Below, in pieces: positions 59,294 to 64,000 of a stretch of DNA of 64,000 nt (position 1 is the first letter of the stretch; every line of letters starts with the position of its first letter). Made by a program: the position numbers and the translations under genes. Source of the DNA: Bacteroidota bacterium (GTDB taxonomy: Bacteria; Bacteroidota; Bacteroidia; AKYH767-A; OLB10); the NCBI GenBank assembly GCA_018268195.1, contig JAFDWZ010000002.1, positions 11,791 through 75,790 of the forward strand, written 5' to 3'. Under the pieces are notes generated by a model. That model ran no database searches. It worked only from the letters and a program-made list of their open reading frames with translations, and was not told where the DNA came from.

Positions 59294-59330
59294 ACTATAA
59301 TTATATTTAATTTAATTTAATGATTATTTG

Positions 59331-59362
59331 TTTTAAAAAAGAAGGGATTGTTTAGCAATCCC
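59331..59362 (-). terminator. Rho-independent terminator after mscL
   Basis: The minus strand reads GGGATTG-ctaaa-CAATCCC followed by TTCTTTTTTAAAA. Confidence 0.6.
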
Positions 59363-59376
59363 CCCCTTGTTATTTT

Positions 59377-59805
59377 TTACTTTTTAAGCAAATCTCTGAT
59401 TTCACCTAAAAGTTCCTGGTCTTTAGTTGGACCTGGAGGTGGTGGTGCAGGTTCAGCTTTCTTAAGTCTGTTCATTCCTTTGATAAGAAGAAACATCACA
59501 AATGCCACAATTAGAAAATCGAGACATACGGTGATAAACTCTCCGTATTTAATAAACACTTCAGGTGTAGCCTTTGTCACTACATTTCCTGAGGCGTCTA
59601 ATACTTCCTTGCTTCCGTCCTGAATTTTGTATTTCATTTCAGAGAAGTCTGTACCTCCCACAATTTTACCTACGACAGGCATAACAATGCCATCTACAAA
59701 AGAGGATGTTACTTTACCAAAGGCAGCACCTACAATAACACCGACAGCAAAATCCACAAGATTTCCGCGCATTGCGAAATCTTTAAACTCTTTAAAGAAT
59801 CCCAT
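59377..59805 (-). CDS. mscL: Large-conductance mechanosensitive channel MscL
   Basis: MGFFKEFKDFAMRGNLVDFAVGVIVGAAFGKVTSSFVDGIVMP... Confidence 0.95.
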   Translation of the reverse strand: MGFFKEFKDFAMRGNLVDFAVGVIVGAAFGKVTSSFVDGIVMPVVGKIVGGTDFSEMKYKIQDGSKEVLDASGNVVTKATPEVFIKYGEFITVCLDFLIVAFVMFLLIKGMNRLKKAEPAPPPPGPTKDQELLGEIRDLLKK

Positions 59806-59842
59806 TTTAGTTTGATTTAATAGTTAGAAAAATTTTACGGCA

Positions 59843-59850
59843 CAAAGTTA
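59843..59850 (-). promoter_or_regulatory. -7 promoter box (TAACTTTG on the minus strand) upstream of mscL
   Basis: The plus strand reads CAAAGTTA, 38 nt upstream of the ATG at 59805. Confidence 0.4.
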
Positions 59851-59910
59851 TGTAACAAATATTTTAAACAAAAAATCACTTTATTTTTTCTATAAATCTT
59901 TAAAACAAAT

Positions 59911-60300
59911 TCAGAATGAGGCAGCAATTACTGAAATTTCTACATTTACATTTTTGGGTAATCCGGCCACTGCAACGGTCTCACGCGCAGGAAAGTTTTC
60001 GGAAAAATAAGAGCCATAAATTTTATTTACAGCTTCAAAATCGCTCATATTGGTGAGGAAAATTGTGGTTTTAATAATATTTGAAAAATTTAAACCTGCT
60101 TGGGCCAAAACCGCTTTCAGGTTTTCCATTACCTGAGTGGCTTGTTCTTCTATACTTCCTACTTTAAGTTGTCCGGATGAGGGGTCAATAGGAATTTGGC
60201 CTGACAGGAATATCAGATTACCTGTTTGCACTGCCTGGCTGTAAGGCCCTATGGGAGCGGGAGCTTGATTGGATTGTATGATTTTTTTGCTCATGTTCAT
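59911..60300 (-). CDS. ridA: RidA (YjgF/L-PSP) family reactive-intermediate deaminase
   Basis: APAPIGPYSQAV...GNLIFLSGQIPIDP...ARETVAVAGLPKNVNVEI. Confidence 0.9.
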   Translation of the reverse strand: MNMSKKIIQSNQAPAPIGPYSQAVQTGNLIFLSGQIPIDPSSGQLKVGSIEEQATQVMENLKAVLAQAGLNFSNIIKTTIFLTNMSDFEAVNKIYGSYFSENFPARETVAVAGLPKNVNVEISVIAASF

Positions 60301-60356
60301 TATTGTTTTAATTCGATATTATTCCTGTTAAAATTATTCTGTTATTTTGTGACGGG

Positions 60357-60845
60357 ATGAATGATGAATTGAAAAAAATACTAGAAACGGCACAAAGTAA
60401 GCGAAAAGAAAACAAATTGTTTTTAAAAAAAGCTGCTCAGCAAAAATCTACTGCTCTTGATAAGAAATTTAAAGAGGAGACAAATGTTTTTTTTGATAAA
60501 TATAGTTGTCTTGATTGTGCCAATTGTTGTAAAACCACCAGCCCTATTTTTCGTGATGTAGATATAGGACGAATTGCTCAGCATTTACATATAAAACCGG
60601 GTGAATTGGTAGAAAAATATCTTCGCCTTGACGAGGATGGACATTATGTATTAAGGAAGTCGCCTTGCCCTTTTCTTCTGGAAGATAATTATTGCTCTAT
60701 TTATCACATCAGACCGCAGGCATGCAGAGAATATCCGCATACCATTCGCAAGAATATGTATCAGATTATGGATTTAACTTATCAGAATTCGCTGATATGC
60801 CCAGCGGTGGCAGCAATAGTTGAAAGGTTAAAGAAAGTAACGTAG
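60357..60845 (+). CDS. YkgJ-family (UPF0153) cysteine-cluster protein
   Basis: CLDCANCCKT...CPFLLEDNYCSIYHIRPQACREYP. Confidence 0.8.
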   Translation: MNDELKKILETAQSKRKENKLFLKKAAQQKSTALDKKFKEETNVFFDKYSCLDCANCCKTTSPIFRDVDIGRIAQHLHIKPGELVEKYLRLDEDGHYVLRKSPCPFLLEDNYCSIYHIRPQACREYPHTIRKNMYQIMDLTYQNSLICPAVAAIVERLKKVT

Positions 60846-60877
60846 AAAAACTAATTAGAGATTACATAATTATGGTA

Positions 60878-60915
60878 ATAAAAAGAGCTGTCAGTTCTCT
60901 GACAGCTCTTTTTAT
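60878..60915. terminator. Bidirectional terminator between convergent genes
   Basis: ATAAAAAGAGCTGTCAG-ttct-CTGACAGCTCTTTTTAT forms a 17-bp perfect stem with an A-run and a T-run. Confidence 0.8.
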
Positions 60916-60936
60916 TGAAAATGTTAGATAAAAAAA

Positions 60937-61533
60937 TTATTTCATATTTTTTGCAAAGAATCCGCTGAGGTCTTTACCGGCTTTAGCATACGCTTCTGAA
61001 ATACGTAGTCCGGTATCATAGTCGTATCCGCCAAATGTACGACCGGGGAAACCAATTCCGGTAATTTTGCAAATTGGTTTATCAGGATTTGCAGTTTCAT
61101 AAACTGTGATTTCAAGATTGATAGAAGCATTTTTACGAGTTACGTAAACATTAAATCCTGGTTCGGTAAAAATAGTATGCACCTTCACAGTATATTTTGC
61201 ATCGGCAAAATTGCCAATTTTTGCGGAAGATTTTTTGTTGAATAATTCTTCAAAGCTCGGCTCAAAACGATTTTTACGGTCGCCTTCCCATTTCTTAGCC
61301 CAGTCATCACCGCGTCCGGGTTCTTTCGCATTGTATTCAGCAGTTTTTTTGCTGATGTATTCTTCTTCCTTAGCAAATTTACCAACACGCATGTTGCTGT
61401 AATCATAAACCACATTTAATTGGGTTTGCCCTTTAAGGTCTTTAAGGTTTCCTTCCTGAATTTTAATTTTTTGTGCAGAAACTGTGCCTGCCATTGCTGC
61501 TACTATAAGCAACGAAGTGAAATGTTTAATCAT
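60937..61533 (-). CDS. Secreted hypothetical protein (198 aa)
   Basis: Has a signal peptide (MIKHFTSLLIVAAMAGTVSAQ) and no motif I can name. Confidence 0.6.
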   Translation of the reverse strand: MIKHFTSLLIVAAMAGTVSAQKIKIQEGNLKDLKGQTQLNVVYDYSNMRVGKFAKEEEYISKKTAEYNAKEPGRGDDWAKKWEGDRKNRFEPSFEELFNKKSSAKIGNFADAKYTVKVHTIFTEPGFNVYVTRKNASINLEITVYETANPDKPICKITGIGFPGRTFGGYDYDTGLRISEAYAKAGKDLSGFFAKNMK

Positions 61534-61839
61534 ATTATTTTCAATTTAAGTTTTATAAACGTAAAAGAACAAAAAAACTTTACGAGTCTTTGTGTTTGAA
61601 ATTAATATTATTAAAAAGTTACGAGAGGGTATCTGTTGAAATAATTCAAAATTCAAATTTACAATTTGATGAACTTATTAAAACACTTGTAAGCGTACGT
61701 CAGCTATCGGTTTTTAGTTTTTTAAAACATTTGCAGTTAAGTCAGAGGGTGTCATACTCTTAACCTGACTGTCGTTATGCATGATTATAAATGAACAGAG
61801 GTATTCTGTAATTATTTTCTCAGAAAGAATGCACAGAAT

Positions 61840-63633
61840 CTAAATCTCCTCACATAAATGCCCGGTATTGGCAAGTAGCAACTCCAGTGAGTTTAGCTGA
61901 AGTGTGTTAAAAGGAATATTGTTGAAGTGAGGCAACAAGGTTTTGTAAAAATTGATTCCCAACTGCAGGTTAGATTTAAACTTCTCAATATATTTTTTCT
62001 GCTTATCGCTGATGGAGTCTCCGAATTCGGAAATCTGCCTCTGAAGGTAATCAATATATAACTGCAATTCGTTGATGAACATATTAGGTCGATCAAGTTT
62101 ATTGTTCAGATTTATTCGACCATAAATATGACTGACCATTTCTTTTAAGGAATGTACACCTGAAAAGTATGCCAGATTGGGTCCTGGGCAAATGGTAACA
62201 GCATTGATATTGTGCGGTACAGGAATTTTGTTTTTCAATAACACCGATGAAGTAAGCCCTTCGCAGAGGCAATCTTTTTCCTCAATGTTATCAATCATTT
62301 GCTGCTTTTCTTCCTCAGAAATTTGCTGTGCTTTTATCTGTTTTATTTTTAAGTCCTGATATTGTCTGGAAGAAGTACAGATGATTTTTTCAGTAAACTC
62401 TGTATTGTTGGAGAGTAATTTTTTGTAGCACGGACTTCCCGGGCGGCCTTTGTCAATACGTTGTTTACGCTGTTCTTCACCACTGCTTTTTCTGAAATTA
62501 TTAAAGGGTACGCCCAATGGTGATGCATAACTCAAATAGTAATCTTCCTTATTGGCAGTTGCAAGCAGTTGCAGGGTTCTGTCGTCTACATTGGTTGCTT
62601 CGGGCACCAGCAGGAAAGGGCTTCCCCAGCCAACACCATCCAACTCGAAATAAGACAACAGAAATTGATGTTCATCGTTATTGCCTACACCGCCCTGAGC
62701 AGTAACTTTTTGCTTAGGTACAGCCGTAAATTCTTTTCTTCCTTTGGCTTTAAGACCCTGATTGCACATATCATAAAGCTCAGCCAACAAAGCTTTTTTA
62801 TGTAATCGGAATTCTTCAAGAATAGGACCGAGCAATAGTCCGTCAGTAGCAAAGGTATGGCCACCACAGTTGAGGCCGGATTCTATTCTGAAATCAGAAA
62901 CCCAGAGGCCTTTTTTGGCAAGAATTTTTCCTTGTACCATTGCCGAACGGTAATCACTCACTTTCAAAATAATTTTCTTGCGCAGATAATTATTTTCAGG
63001 ATAGAAATCTTCAAATTGCTCAATGTAACTGTAAAGTCGGGGATTGTATCCTGCCGAAAAAATTATGGACGACTCCAAATCGCTTTGTGCATAACCTCGC
63101 AGGGCACTTAATGCATCAGAAAATTCATCAGGCATAGGATCTCCGTTTTTGTCATAGGTTGGATTGTCCACCTTGGCCATAATGTTCACATCAATACTTC
63201 CGGGTGAGATGGCATTACGCAATTGGTTTTGCATTTGCACTTTAACAGAAGCATCCTTTTCGGCACACATGCTTTCGAAAGAAATTTTCAGAGGTGAATT
63301 CTGAGGTAATAATTCGAAATATTTCCAAAGGTCTGTACCTTCTGCAAATTCCAGATTTTTTAATTCATCAAACTGTTGGTCAACCATGCGTTTGATGGTA
63401 TTAAGATAGGCAGTGATTCGTTTTGCGCGTGAGTCGTGCTCCTTTTTTGTGATATGATGAAATGGGAATTTATGCTGATGGCAATAAAAGGAACGTAAAT
63501 TTTCCAAAAGGCCATCGTCCATAATGGACATTACAGATGATATGCCATAGCGTGCTACCTTAGCAGGAGTGTCAACGCTGAAACTCAATCCTAATACAGG
63601 GATGTGAAAACTATGTGGAGATTGATTTTTCAA
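61840..63633 (-). CDS. Hypothetical 597-aa protein with a distant FabK/nitronate-monooxygenase-like TIM-barrel signature and a Cys-rich C-terminal region
   Basis: HIPVLGLSFSVDTPAKVARYGISSVMS (N-terminal strand/helix), ESGLNCGGHTF (compare the EAGGH block of the family), and VTAQGGVGNNDEH...LDGVGWGSPFLLVPE (compare AAGGI...GA.GV..GT.F...E). Six Cys lie in aa ~400-480. Confidence 0.55.
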   Translation of the reverse strand: MKNQSPHSFHIPVLGLSFSVDTPAKVARYGISSVMSIMDDGLLENLRSFYCHQHKFPFHHITKKEHDSRAKRITAYLNTIKRMVDQQFDELKNLEFAEGTDLWKYFELLPQNSPLKISFESMCAEKDASVKVQMQNQLRNAISPGSIDVNIMAKVDNPTYDKNGDPMPDEFSDALSALRGYAQSDLESSIIFSAGYNPRLYSYIEQFEDFYPENNYLRKKIILKVSDYRSAMVQGKILAKKGLWVSDFRIESGLNCGGHTFATDGLLLGPILEEFRLHKKALLAELYDMCNQGLKAKGRKEFTAVPKQKVTAQGGVGNNDEHQFLLSYFELDGVGWGSPFLLVPEATNVDDRTLQLLATANKEDYYLSYASPLGVPFNNFRKSSGEEQRKQRIDKGRPGSPCYKKLLSNNTEFTEKIICTSSRQYQDLKIKQIKAQQISEEEKQQMIDNIEEKDCLCEGLTSSVLLKNKIPVPHNINAVTICPGPNLAYFSGVHSLKEMVSHIYGRINLNNKLDRPNMFINELQLYIDYLQRQISEFGDSISDKQKKYIEKFKSNLQLGINFYKTLLPHFNNIPFNTLQLNSLELLLANTGHLCEEI

Positions 63634-63918
63634 TTTAATGAGGAGCTGAAATACAGGAGGCGAAGGTAATAAATAATGCTACCTGAAATTACAACTCTGT
63701 GAATGATTATAATCAGCTGGGTATCAATGGGTGAAATTAGTCGGAAGCAGGATTTTCAATATTGGGGAAAAGCCGATGTCTTTAAACTTTATAAATCACT
63801 TACAAAAATACAGATCGGAAAGAGGGGTCATGACGTTTTTGTCTGAGATTAATTTTGTACAAAAAAGTACTTGTAAAGCATAAATACTCCCACTTAACAG
63901 CGAGAGTAAATCAGCTAT

Positions 63919-64000
63919 TTATCGTGATGAAAGTTGCAAAAGTGCTTTGTTGATATTATCGAAAATGCGCTGTTCAATGTTTGCCGGTTCCACTTTATTG
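63919..64000 (-). CDS. 3' end of an unidentified minus-strand gene running off the window
   Basis: The minus-strand frame is open from the window edge, reading ...NKVEPANIEQRIFDNINKALLQLSSR, to a TAA at 63919-63921. Only 26 codons are visible. Confidence 0.25.
   Translation of the reverse strand, partial: NKVEPANIEQRIFDNINKALLQLSSR

Noticed and set aside
1-64000. A whole-window scan for CRISPR arrays, tandem repeat arrays, IS elements, integrases, phage modules, toxin-antitoxin pairs, restriction-modification or other defence genes, retron- or DGR-like reverse transcriptases, and rRNA genes.
   Set aside because: None was found by eye. Every ORF of 150 aa or more is either assigned to a housekeeping or envelope function or listed above as hypothetical. 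The only repeats seen are the terminator palindromes, internal domain duplications (ABC-F, Der, Ddl, PurL) and the tonB proline tract.

Overview
This is a gene-dense 64-kb chromosomal segment of roughly 40% GC by eye, holding about 51 CDS, one tRNA and one SRP RNA. It comes from a member of the Bacteroidota. Three things support that: (1) it encodes the type IX secretion (T9SS) translocon SprA (2442 aa), a DUF5103/T9SS-plug-like protein and two proteins with T9SS C-terminal sorting domains; (2) start codons lack Shine-Dalgarno sequences; (3) at least 14 transcription units are preceded by the Bacteroidota -7 promoter box TAnnTTTG.

The content is overwhelmingly housekeeping: purL, era, der, ddl, carA, maeB, hmgA, ruvA, radC, pnp, rpsO, rpsT, rpmE, mscL, ridA, tex, an ABC-F ATPase and exbB-exbD-exbD-tonB. 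I see no transposase, integrase, phage gene, CRISPR array, toxin-antitoxin pair or recognisable defence gene, and no obvious compositional island. It therefore reads as core genome rather than an accessory region, and I did not find a clear-cut, self-contained new system.

The leads most worth a second look, all hypotheses:
- An 897-aa ORF (17350-20043) made of two complete D-Ala-D-Ala-ligase modules fused in tandem. Their active-site motifs diverge in complementary ways (one omega loop has K-Y, the other K-F). It is tightly linked to a PASTA-domain protein.
- A tightly packed seven-gene operon (32987-38680): exbB-exbD-exbD-tonB, a small membrane ORF, a PstS-like lipoprotein and a TPR protein. 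Its composition parallels Tol-Pal-CpoB.
- Two tandem paralogous polytopic membrane proteins coupled to an MBL-fold hydrolase (7762-11211).
- A GT2 glycosyltransferase fused to a degenerate phosphoglycosyl-transferase remnant (20872-22812).
- An isolated 597-aa protein with a distant FabK/nitronate-monooxygenase-like TIM-barrel signature (61840-63633).
- Unusually long perfect palindromes at convergent gene ends, two of which share a core and flank a T9SS cargo gene.

All functional calls rest on motif recognition by eye. No database search or folding program was run.
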